Shown in pieces: positions 52,301 through 64,000 of a DNA stretch of 64,000 nucleotides. The DNA is taken from contig MU008194.1 in assembly GCA_010909165.1 (NCBI GenBank), positions 496,001 to 560,000 on the forward strand. Reading direction: 5' to 3'. Origin of the DNA: Anthoceros angustus (taxonomy: Eukaryota; Plantae; Anthocerotophyta). Under the pieces are notes generated by a model. The model was given only the letters and a program-made list of their open reading frames with translations. It was not told the DNA's origin and ran no database searches. The number at the start of each line of letters is the position of its first letter. The first letter of the stretch is position 1. Both the position numbers and the translations under genes were made by a program.

Positions 52301-53943
52301 AGCACGTGAATATAGGGTGTTAACTGCAGCTGCTAAGGAAGTTATGTGGTGCAGATTACTCTTTTCTGAACTTGGGATTCCACATACATGCACGACTATC
52401 TACACCGATAATCATGGCTCGATGGCTTTAGCCAAGAATCCCGTGTTTCATTCTCGGACGAAACATGTAGAAGTTGAGTATCACTACATCGTGGAACCGT
52501 GGAGCCGAACCATAGCACTCAGTATGTACCAACACAAAGCAACCCGCGACATTCTCACAAAGGCACCGAGCGAGATGCTCATCGAAACATGTCCAACGTT
52601 TAGGGATGGGAGAGTCAGCAGCTCTCTTATCCAGCAGCAGCAACAATTCAAAGTAATGCTCTAAGGCCTAGAAACCCGAGTCAAAGTTGCCATGGTCAGA
52701 GGAGTAACCAAAGTCAATAGACTCCCCAGAACGAAGAGACTCGGATTCGGACTCCTCCTCGTAGGAGTCATGGCCAAAACTATGAACAGAAGAAAAACTC
52801 TCATCTGATCTTGGAGAATTGCGACGACGACGTTCTTCGTAAGAAATTCGCTCTTCAGGCTCAAGATTAGCCTCTTCCTCCAGTCTGAAGTTTGACCCTG
52901 CAAGGAGGAAGTGGGAGCGAGAGAGTTTAGTACCACAAACATAAAAGAAGGAAGAACCAGAACAGGAAAGGTTCAGGATGCTTACTGTATATGCTCACGA
53001 CATGACCAGGGCAAGGGTTGTAGATGCGCACGCTCACACGCTTCATGGTTATCTCGGTGCAACCTACCCAGACCTTGTACCAAACAGGTGAGCACGGATA
53101 CTTCATTGCCGTTCGATGATCCTAGTCTCGCGTCTCACCGGTGCTTTGGATAATTCAAGGTGGGTCAGACCATGGGTCGCCCTCACGGCAACAATTGAGT
53201 GGGCGTGATTGTTTCCAGAGTTGGGTCTTGGCGGAGGAGCGGAAGGGCCACCCATTTCGGACTTGAGGGCAGTTGCGAAGCTCAAGAAACTCCTTTGTTG
53301 TTCCTTCGCCCACCGACGCCTTTCTTGATACTCGTGTCTTCAGGTGTCTTGGGAGCAGTCTTCACGTTGCCGGTAGTTGTCCTAGCCACTGCAAATCTTC
53401 CAAGGGCGTCTCGGAGCTGGCTGCGGCGCTTAGGAGCTGGCAGCTCATAGTCGGAATCCGAGGAGGCCATGGCGGAGGAGCTCAAGATGAAAATCCTACG
53501 CTCCAGCAAGCTGAGAAGTAACTGGCAAATGAATTGTGCCAAGGTTATATAGCACGCGCTCATCATCGCCGTAAAGCATCTTTACGACACGCGAGAAAGG
53601 AGAGGACGTAACCAATTACTGCAGATGATGGCTATGGAGTTTGAGAGCGAAGACACATGAACCTTTCCACAGCTTGGTAGAGAGATGAGATCATTACTAG
53701 CAAGTGGGAGTAAAGGAATACATGTGCTAGTTATTGGTAAGGGTTTGGGTTATTTAGTCAAGTTAAGCTCTTAGCATTATATATGTCTTTTCATTAGGGT
53801 TACGTCGTTTGGATAAGACACGTTGATTCATAAGTCTCTTTAGTTGTCTTTTCATATAACACATAAGTTTTATGTATGTTCTTGTCACAATGTAATTAAT
53901 ATATATGTTTAATTGATCCTCAGATTCCGCCTAAATTACGTTA
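49312..53943 (+). mobile_element. Ty1/copia element with TA..TA LTR ends; gag-PR-INT core deleted
   Basis: LTRs 49312-49541 and 53711-53943; TSD GAGGG at 49307-49311 and 53944-53948; PBS TGGTATCAGAGC; PPT AAGTGGGAG; RT CKWVFK..YKARLVARG, DVKTAFL, LYGLKQ, YVDD; RNase H HSRTKHVEV. Confidence 0.95.
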
Positions 53944-55184
53944 GAGGGCCGAGGGTCGAGATGTTGCGAGAGAGGCAATTATGGAAAGAGAGTATTGAGT
54001 CCACGTTAAAGCCGTCCATCAGCTTGTAGACCTCCAGAAGAACTTTGTCAGTTTGGCAAGGTACGTAAGCTAGACCTGGCTTGGGTGGAGGCTTTGATGC
54101 AAAAGATGAAGCATTCCACGTGGGTGGCTGGTGTGTTGCCCATGATTGTCATTGTAGACCCGGCCCAGTGTCCCAACAAGAACTTTTTTAACATGGATAA
54201 GGTGGATTGGGGGGTGTACAAATTTTATGTATTGCGAGGGAATCATTCCTTCCAGACCAGATCTAGACTAGCCGACTTGTATCCATTGGTTCAAGAGTAC
54301 AGGTGGATGGATGCATATGTTCTTGCTCGCCTCACAAATGAGGAGATGAGGTTAGTTGCCACTGATCACAACACCATTGTGAATGCCAAGAAGATTTTTA
54401 CTTTCATCGACCGGTGAGGTACATCGAATCGAGATGAAGGCCAATGATGGGTCAAGTGTGACTTAGACCGAAGTTGAGATATATGCCCGGTGGTTCCTAA
54501 GTGGGATGCAAGCATGGACCTAAGGTCGCTTATCACCGCCTCGTGGACAACCTGATTAATCGGATTATTGCGAAGGTTGATGATGAGGTGTGGAAGTACG
54601 TGGATGAAATCTTTGAGAAGTGGGAGACGAAAAGCTGGTTCGAGCAGTGGAGGCACTGGCTCTCACACAACAAATAAGGCCCGCAGGAATTCAAGGAAGA
54701 CAACAAGTTAGAGCAAACTTGGTCATTGACACAAAGGAGCTTAGTATACCGGTGAGGGTATGGAAGTGTTTCTGTGGCATCGTACCGCAATTGGAACAAC
54801 TTGAAGACAACATGCATGAAAGTCCTGTTGGAGAATTGACATTGAAACAAATGTTCGTGGGTGGACAAGGCCAAAAACTCAACCTCATCCATGTTACATC
54901 GCCAAGCATTTGCATTGTGAGACATTTGAAGAGGTTCAGAACGATATCCCGACATCGCATGGTGAATCAAATTAGTAACTTCCACCGCCTTCAAAAACCG
55001 GCCTCGATGAACACTTAGCTATACCCAAATCGAGTTTCTCTCAGGCCGCTTCTTGTCCTTATAAGTCATGGAAAGTGGAGGCCTTAACACCGTATTCGAA
55101 CAAAGAGAACGTCCGGTTGCATTTGACGTGGGTTGTGTCTTTCATGTCTGCAGCTGCCCAACACTTGCCTTGAGTGGGTGCCGC

Positions 55185-56320
55185 CATGGAATTGATTCAA
55201 GATCCATGAATTGAGCGCACTTGGGATCCACATCACGAAATGACAGTGTCGCAGTATCATATCGGATCATCCGATCGCCCAAAGACTAATCTCTCATGGC
55301 ATCGGAATCAACCTCTTCAAGAGTCTTAGGGCCGATAGCCCGATCATCCGCAGTTGTAACACAATTTTAGTTCCATCGGCTGGCAAACAAAGTTGTCACT
55401 CCTGCCGCGCCGGTTCTCTAAGTACAACGATTGAGGCACACCTTATCATCTGCGCGCTAGGGTGAATGTGCATCGCAGTCACCTCACGACAATGTCGCCA
55501 CATTGGTTTTATGCCAAGAACATGTCGTCATAGCACCCTACACGCCCATCAAGACTTCTCTCACCATAGATGTGTCATCCAAGAATGGAAGACCACAATA
55601 CGAAATACCTAGGATGTGGTGATGCCTTGAACCGCATGATGACCCCTTCAAACTCGCTTTGGTAAATCTTGTGTCATACTCTGATTGGGGATCTAGATCC
55701 AAGCCTGGGAGGTCTAACAACAATAAAGCATACGATCGAGGCTCTACAAACCGGGCCATGTTCACCATGTTGCCACACAGTATCCCGACCTTGCTGGGTT
55801 TTTCTGGCTTGGAGTCGTTCACGATGGTCATCAACTTATCCTCAGATGTGGTCGATATCAAGGCACGTTGCGACTCCTCCATCTGCTTCCAAGATCTGGC
55901 CTTAAATATGTGCTCCTTAGGGGTGCTATGATGACATGTTACTGGCATAAAACCAATGTGACAAAGATTGTCGAGGACAGTCAGACGATGCGGGACTTTT
56001 CACTTGCGCCGCAGGAGCTTGGATTGTGTGCCTCAATCGCTTGTAGTGAGAACCGACGCAACTTGGCGTGGAGTGACAACTTTGTTTGCCAAGCGAGCGG
56101 GAACTAAAATTGTGTTACAACACCGCAGATGATCGGGTTGTTTCCTCATCGAAGCCCCTAAGACTCTTGAAGAGGTTGATTCAGCATGCAGAGGGAGATT
56201 GGCCGATGCGCGCAGGATCGGCCGGTATGATAGCAGCTGTTCAGTTATGCCGTAATGTCATTTCTGCTGATGTGGATCCCAAGTGCGCTCAATTCATGGA
56301 TCTTCGAATCAATTCCATGG
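55185..56320. repeat. Inverted repeat: arms about 55185-55540 and 55918-56320 (MTase C-terminal half present twice)
   Basis: For example GAATCAACCTCTTCAAGAGTCTTAGG versus CCTAAGACTCTTGAAGAGGTTGATTC; arms differ by indels. Confidence 0.9.
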
Positions 56321-59300
56321 ACAGCTGGCCGACGTAAGAGGAGGAGGTAGGCGAGGAGCCCCGCTATGGAGGCGGCAAAGACGCTCAATAAGGAGCCCAT
56401 GGTGAACAACATGGTCGGTGCCCGGGTTCATATGTGTCATTGAAGCGAGACCAACGAGGAAGCCCGAGACCAAGGGTCATATGGCATGTAGTGAAGCCGC
56501 AGCGATAACTCAATGGTCCTTGGGATGCGGAGCAGAAGTGAAGGATGCGTAAGAGCCCCTCCTGCGTTTGCTCGATGCCCGATGGTGGGGGATGTAGGAT
56601 TGGAAAACTTTGCTCCAGTGATCGAGGTGTGTCGGCGGACAAGTGGATAGGCTACGTGTTTGTTTCGAGGATTCTCGTAGGAGGAACCGGTCTTAAGCAC
56701 CGATACCGGTTGGTATCTCGCACTTTGGTAGAACGTGCATGCAAGCAAGGTGCTATGAACACAACAAACACATCAAAGTGCAAGGTCCCCGGAGCACTCT
56801 AGACAACGAACACGCCGGTGGAGCACGCAAGCCGGAAGCATGGGAGTGGTGACGATTCGAGAATGTGTTCGCACCGATCGGGTATTTGATGAGCGAGATC
56901 ATCATGGTCGCATGGTGCAAGGTATGGATTTCATGTAAACAAACCGATTTTCAAAGAAGCGCTGGCGGCCCATTCGCATGCATGCAGTGTATCAATACAA
57001 TCGCCAAACTGCTCCTAATCTCTCGCTAGGAAGACTATGTATGTTGTAAACCCACCGTGTACGAAGATGACAATGGATGTCATGTGACAATCCAACTTCA
57101 AACATGCCGATGTTCAATCGCTTTCACAGAGCCGCACTAACACCGCCCATACACACATGTAGCAATATGACTTTCTCCAATTTTATCCTTGACCACTAAG
57201 AACACCGACATGTCGTGCTCCTTGCCCTCCACACCATTCACACCGCCTCCAACCCCGTGAGTGGAATCCAGTGTTGATCAACACGCAACAAGAAAGACGA
57301 AGTTTGCACCGCCATCCCGCCCAAATTCCTTAAGGACCAAGCAATGAAGCAGCCGATCACTCCAGCGTGCTTGAAAGGAACCCCGCCCATGTTGTGATTG
57401 CCATGTCAACTTCCAATTTCCATCGCCCATGTGGAATTCTCGCCAGGCCCGCCGGAGGTGAGGTCTCCATCGCATGCAATATTCCGTGCAAGGCAAGCCA
57501 CTTCCAAACGATGACGGTCGCGCTGGGGTGTGGCATGAGCGGTAGATAGTCCGAAATCTTCCTCCACTCCCGCGCCGACATTGGGCAGGAGATGCAAGGT
57601 TTATGCACTGAACGTCCAATGCCACCACGACCCTCCCCACTAATGTAGAGGGGTGACCATGACGGTGGACACCAACTCAACACATGTGGACTTTCCATTG
57701 CGCATTTGCATTTTTGTTGTCCATACAAAGTTGCCCTGATTTTCAAAATCAAGGTTATAGGCAATGTACCTCTGGTTAGCCAAACTAATATGAGATGAGG
57801 ACATACAAATACGGTAAAACAGATCCCTCTATGATTTGCTCCTAGGTTCAGGGGGGTTTTTTTTTTTAAGAAATCAGGAAAACATGGTTTTGGATGGCTT
57901 TTGTATACCTTTCGACCCTGTGTACATGTAAACGATCTGGACTCGGAAACCCCTTGTTGGGATGTGCCTTGAAGTGTTTTTTTTGTTTTTTTGGTCAAGT
58001 GTGGTGTGAAAATAAGTCAAGATGACAGTAGGCAAAGGTATTTATAAAAGAAACGTCCTTGGCCTATGGTTTTTTTTCCTTGTTTTTATTTCTTAGGTTA
58101 GATAATAAAGGGCCCGAAAACTCGATGTTCCTTGGCCCATGGACTTGGGATGTCCACTAAAAGGTCTATATATGTGAGGTAGAGGGTTGGTATAATTAGG
58201 GAGTGATGGGTCTATAGGCTTGGAGTCAACCGATCACAGAGTCAACGAGTGTGGGGTTGTGGATTGGGGTGTGGAGCGAGCAGTCGTAGAGGTCGAACAG
58301 GGGTAGGGGAACCTGGGGGACTTAACCCTAGGAAGTAACAAAAGTCCGTTCAGACAATAGAGCGTAACGGTGGCTGGGACGGGAGCGAGCGGTGGAGCGC
58401 GACGACGGTTGGAGCGCGATGAAGTCGAGAAGCTGCGTCTGGGGGACATCGCGATCTGCAGGAGGGCGCGAGGCGCACCCAAAAAGGGAAGGAGCTCCGA
58501 ACCCCCATCAGCGATATCGCGAGTCGCGACGCTTAGAGGAAGGAGGAAGGCGGCGGCGTGGCCGAGGAGGTAGGAATCCTCGAGACCGACCCCGCCAGAA
58601 TGGGCGAGGTGTCATCGATTTGAGGCGCGAGACCCGGGGACTGTGGAGGGATGGCGCCCAAGGTCAAATGAGACAGCTTGCTTGCCCAATGGCCAAACAT
58701 GGATCATTGGAAAGTCCGAGCTTGGTGAAGGAGGGGCTTGGCTTCATGGAGGAACTGGAATTACATGAACTTGGGTCTGTGTGCAGAGTGTCGCCACCAA
58801 GACAAGCAATGGGCGAGGGAATTAGAGCGCCGCAGGATTGGGACCTCGGAATTGGTTAGAGAGTGTATGGGCGCAGAAGGAGGAGGTGTGGTTTGGTGAT
58901 GGAACCGTCTCGAAAAAGGAGCAAGAAGAAGAAGCAGCACCGCTCGGTTAAGGCGGCGACCGGAACCCAACGGGTCGGGTCGACGCGGATTTGGCAAAGC
59001 TTGATGGGTCCGCCGATGGCTCCTATGGCGTTTCGCAGACAAGAAGTGGATTATTTGTCCGACCACTTCTGTCATTGCTCCTCCATGAAGTGGTCAAGGG
59101 GCGAAAATCGATTGGGGACGAATTCTCTTCGACAAGTTGTGTGAAGAGAGGTTGAACTCGATTTCTCCTACCTCGACCTCTCTAATTTCACCATTTCGTC
59201 CATCTTTATGCGCATGCTAACCGCCCGCCCAGAGGTGGAATTGTGGCCTCCTTCACATGTGGAAGCCGCTTAGGAGGTGAAATGGAAGGCGGAGGAGCCA

Positions 59301-60712
59301 AGGAGGAAATCGAGGAGAAATCGGATAGCCGGGAGTCCGTGACAGCCTGAGGAAGAGAGGAAATTTCTACCAAAGAAAAGAGGAAGACCGGGGTGGAAGG
59401 CCCTCAAATAAAAAAGGTGAAGTGGACGCGCTGGCCACCGTGTCGATCGGGCGCCAAGGCAGAAATGAAGGCCAAACGGCAGATTGAGGTGGCGAGGAGG
59501 CGCGATCCGAGGAAGACAATTTTGCTGACCTGGATGCAGATGATGAACCAACCCCGAGGGATTAGGGCCGACCTCAAGCGGACCCCTCCTCAAGATGGGA
59601 AGAAATTTTCAAGGGACTCCACCGGCAGAGGTGGATGCCGAATTGGTGAGGGCGACCTGCTGGGAGGAAAGTGCTCGACATGGGATGGCGCCGCGCGGGG
59701 CCGCCACAATGTGGATTTGCAGGAGCCGACCATCGGCGATCCGCCCAAGCGGATTTGTTAGATCAAGCGGCCTTGCTCTCACATGGCCTCAGTGCAAGGG
59801 GCGGAGGAAGTGGTGAAGGCCAGTTTGACGAAGAGGAGGCCAAGTGCAAGCAACTGGAGGAAGACAAGCGGGCCCTAGAGGAAATAAGGGCCAAGATTCA
59901 GGAGGATTTGTGCAGGGCTCAGGAGAAGTTGCAGGCCATAACACGATAATTTTTGAAGGGGGGGAATATAGTAACCCTCTTGGCCGCCACAAAGACTTGT
60001 CACGAAGAACACCTTACCTAGAACAAAGATATGTGCCCTACTTTGATAATGCACACACCCTTTCCGAGGTCATACTGATAAAGACGCACTTTCAAGTGAA
60101 CACCCTAGAACTGGAGCATGAGGGTGCGGGCCTGCCTCGCTTTTGTAGAATGTTTAGAGGGCTGCCATTTTATATGTTTATTACAACCGAAAACTTTTAC
60201 TTTGAAGTGGTGGAACACAATGAAAACAATCTGCATTAGAGGGAGTCTCATTTTAATCGTCAGAAGAACATTGCAACAAACATCCGCTAAAGGAGGGAGT
60301 GGTCATCAGATCGACAATAGTCATTGAAGAGTGCGGCCCGGCGACTCATCCATGCCTTGCCGACATCGAGTCAAGAACCACCGCCATAGGATGCGGTCCA
60401 TATCGTCCGCCTCAAAGTTATCGCTCTCCTCCATTGCTTGCTCGCCTTCAATAGTATCATTCCCGGCCCACCATCCGACGGTGGACCGCCACACAAGATC
60501 TAGGGTTTGCCGACCTCATCCAAAAGGTCGCCCCGTAGTCTTCAACCTTCCGCACTCAATGCAACCACTTGGGCTTTAAGGCAATGCCGCCCTTAAATGA
60601 ACAAAGTTAGTTGCCCATGCGCCCATGCAAGCATCCTTAAAATCAACAAAGTTGAGTTATTAAAAAGATATGGGTTTTGAACCCGAACCTATTCATTACT
60701 AAACCTTTTTCC

Positions 60713-63700
60713 CAACAACAACAACAACAACAACTTTATTTATGTCCACTAAGGATGGGAAGAACCATCATGGGACGTAGATAGTACAGTAAAAGAGGTT
60801 TAAAACCGAGTACACTTACGACGTCCGAACTAGAGAAGCAGACTGTATGAGGGAAGCGTAAAAGAAGGCAAAGACTACAAGGAGTCCAACAAGGACCGCC
60901 AAGATCAAGAAGCTCGAGAGACATAGTCCAGAGCCTAGGAATGTGGAAAGAGAAAATCGCAATGAGAAGCCGCACATTCAAAAGAAGAGAGTAACGAGAC
61001 CGAATATCGGCATAGGACAATAAAAGAGGAAGTGTGATTGATTCGGATCCAAGGAGCAAAGCTTGCATCCTATCGCCTTGGGAGGGGTAGGCTTGAGCCA
61101 ACGGTCTCAATCCGAGGTGGTGGGAGCTAACACGAAATTGACCTATGAGTGCGGAGTTTGAAGGAAAGGGGGAACCGAGGTAGCAAGGCGTAGGAAATTT
61201 ACCAGAGGGAGGATTAACTCGAGCTCGCCTTTGTAAAAGAGTCTAGAAGTGAGAGGGGGGAAAAGGAAAGAGGGGACCAGTGAGGCGAAGGTATCTTAAT
61301 TTAAGGGCCTCGAATGGAGTGGTTGGGGGATGTGAGAAAGGGGAGTTGGGAGGAGGGAGAGGGCGCAGTCGAAAAGGTTCAAACTCGAATCTTCTAAGCC
61401 GCTTGGCAGCTTGAGAAAGCCAAGAAAAGAAGCTTGTGGGTCAAGATTGAGCGAGCGAGGGAGGACCTAAAGGCAAGGAGGAGGTAAGGGGATCCAAAAT
61501 GGGATTAGCAATATCAAGGAGGTGGAGGCGGTAAAGAAAGGATGAGAGACTAAAAAAGGCCATCAAGTTCGAGGGGAAAGGCTGCAAATTCAGAAAGGAG
61601 GATGGGTAATGGAGTCGAGCGCTTACAAGCAATGTGAGCGCGGAGAAAGGAAGATTGAACCCTTTCCACCTTCGCCCAAGAAGAAGGGGAAAGATCCGGC
61701 CCCAAATTTCAGCGCCATACAAGGCGGAGGGAATTACCATAGTGTTGAACACCTGCTTCCCAAGATTGATATCCTGAAGATTCATCCTCAGATAAAGAAC
61801 CAAAGCAGGATGAGCCCATCCCTTGGTAGCGGAGGAGGCAGAGGAGGTCCAATTAAATTTAGGACCGAAAATAGTGATAAGATAAGTATAGGATCGAACC
61901 ATCTCCACCTCCCGACCATCATAATAAAATTTGCAATCACCCTTGTAATCCCGAGTGTTGAACCGCATAATCTTGGTCTTGCAGATTGACAAAGAGACCC
62001 TTGGTTTTACAAAAAGGGATAAAACATCCGCTTGTGGATAGCTCCGGAATGAGATAAAGAACAATATCATCAACCCAAAGAGATTTGGGGACAAAGGGTC
62101 GCCATCAAGAACGCCAAGTTGGATAGGGATCCGTGGGAAGACAAACCACGGGAGTCTTGATTCGAGCAAAGACCCTTTGTAGAGAAGGGTAGCAAGATGC
62201 CACAAATGAGGAGGCATCTTAAGAGATTGAAGTCTCACAAACAACTTATCCCAAGGCATGAGTTGAAAGCACGCTTAAAGTCAACAAAACAACAAGAGAC
62301 GTGCTTCGATGTCGAGCCCCTTCAACAATAGCCCGGAGGGGTAAAAGATGATCCAAAGTATTCGACCGGGCGAAACCGCTTGGCCCCGAGCACGCACCTT
62401 AGCCTCCTCACCAGAAGTAGTCAAGATCTCCAAACTAGAGCTAAAGATCTTAGCATAGATAGACTCCACGGTGATAAATCGGTAATTAGAAGGGAGATAT
62501 CGCCACCTTGAGAATGGAGTGGATATCATTCTCACACCAAGGATCAGGAAACCAAAGACAAAGCATCATTAAACAGAGAGGCAAGATGCGAGGAGAAGGA
62601 GGTAGAGTCAAGAACCGGAATAAATCCCTGTGGATACCATTAGGGTGAGTCGCACTACTCCGAGCCCGGATAGCACGGCAACGAGATTGGCGGAAAACCC
62701 GAGACCAGGATCGAGGAATCGGAGGCGAGGATGTGGTAAAGACTATGAACATAGGAGAGGAGTGGAGTGGCTTTGAGAAGAATGGGTGAGCGGTGTGGAA
62801 TTCCTTCCAAAAGGCGAGCCACCGGGACGCTCAAGGAGATAAGACGGTGTGTTCACTTGGATGAATTGGGACTTTTCATGGAGATGAAGGCTTTGTAAGG
62901 CTTGACGGCTTTGTAAAGAGCGGAATGATGGGATCCGGGAGGAGATTAAGTTGGCGCAAAGTGAGATGCAATTGAGAGCGATGCGCACAATCCGCATCAA
63001 ACCAGGATGGCGGGGGTTGGTTTGCACGGGAGGATGGCAAAATTTGAAAGGAAAAGTGGAGCAGAGGTTAGAACAGCAGAGGCGAAGTGGCACAAGCAAG
63101 AAAAGGGAGGTGGGGAATGGAAGCAAGGAGGAGCAAGCTGGAAAATTGGGGTACAAGGTCTTGTGGAAAGGTGAACTGTGGAGAGAAGGAGGGGAGGGGA
63201 TCCCGAGGGGCGGAGGAACAAAGATCAAAACAATCAAGAAGATGGTCGACTCCAAACATGTGGAGTCCAGAGTCCAGAGCCTAGAAATACGCGAGAGAAG
63301 GCCGACGTCACCAATAACATAATCCAACTCGCTAGAAGAGGAACCATCGTCAAGAAAGAATTACTCATACCGCCAACGGGAGTCCGTTGAAAATGACCAT
63401 GTTGTGGGATTCAGAAAAGGGCAACACCATAGGAATTTAGTGGATGGGTATCGAGAAGATCGAGCCCGAGGTCGACAGGATCCACCGAGAAATTTTGTAA
63501 ATCAAGGAATCATAGATATTTTGTTGACACCGGTCCAAGCGTTGAAGTCCCCAACGAGAAGAATATCGCAATAGGGGAAAACTCGAGATGGACTCGAGAG
63601 ATCCGTGATATGGATTACCGCCCGAGCATATTTGGAGGACCTTGAGGGAAGTAAACGCCAACATATAAGTCACGGTGAGAAGAGAAAAGAGCAGCAATGA

Positions 63701-64000
63701 ACCTGAGGATGAGCTAAGCTCGTCATGACGAATAAGGAGATAAAAGGAGTCAAGGACTCAAAATAGCAAGCAATACCCAAAGCCTTGGGAGAGTTGCGGA
63801 GACATGGTGTCTAAAGGTAGAAAACATGAATATCCGGAGAACGGCCTAAGGGGCGTATGATGCTCATGAGTCTCGATAGAAACACAATATCCCGCAATCC
63901 CGCCCGTGAGGAGATCAAGCATTCCGCCAGGTGTAGATTGATAGATCCGCAATTCCAAGAAGCGTGGAGGATGCCATCACGGCCCCGTGATCCCTACGGA
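60713..64000 (-). mobile_element. Decayed non-LTR retrotransposon (LINE) with a (GTT)n tail, continuing past the window end
   Basis: AATAAA (60740-60735) followed by about 7 GTT repeats; RT remnants PWDKLF..L and GVLDGDPLSPNLFGL; endonuclease-end DYVIGD near 63320. Confidence 0.8.

Larger units (their letters stand above)
48939..56337 (+). pseudogene. Fragmented ORF: acidic N-terminus, ParB/Srx-like domain, beta-class N4C/N6A DNA methyltransferase (N6_N4_Mtase-like)
   Basis: Pieces 48939-49311, 53949-54740, inverted 55918-55540, and 55919-56337. VRKLDLAWVEALMQKM..YVLRGNHS (ParB-like); ILCGNM..SYALLLLDLP-GL (motif IV); KPLRLLKRLI..EGDW..AGS..AAVQLCRNVISADVD..RI (motifs X-I-II). Confidence 0.7.

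Noticed and set aside
56820-57100. Possible Ulp1-like protease remnant
   Set aside because: No His-Asp-Cys catalytic motifs could be read.
1-64000. Most short six-frame ORFs in the supplied track
   Set aside because: They are antisense or off-frame shadows of exons, TEs or simple repeats, with no independent support.

Overview
Eukaryotic land-plant DNA. Spliceosomal introns of about 90-170 bp, a WAK-type kinase, phytocyanins and an 11S globulin suggest a non-seed plant, possibly a bryophyte; this is inference. The first 8.4 kb is a gene island: a GT31 galactosyltransferase, an 11S/legumin-like bicupin broken by a 68-bp micro-inversion, and a receptor-like kinase with two phytocyanin ectodomains. 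The rest is mostly nested, decayed transposons, plus two small GPI-type phytocyanin genes and LRR pseudogenes. Highlights: (1) Two divergent Ty3/gypsy retrotransposons each carry a C5 DNA-methyltransferase domain (GWEC catalytic motif) between protease and RT, and a PHD finger after the integrase. (2) Directly downstream of an integrase-PHD copy of the second family lies an ORF which, after removing a Copia insertion and undoing an inversion, encodes a ParB-like domain fused to a beta-class N4C/N6A amino-methyltransferase. This suggests a retroelement carrying two chemically different DNA methylation writers plus a histone reader. (3) The phytocyanin-phytocyanin-TM-kinase receptor has an intron whose read-through yields a GPI-signal-like tail. 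(4) Microhomology-bounded inversions and tandem duplications recur across the window. All domain calls come from reading motifs by eye; no searches were run, and TE sub-coordinates are approximate.
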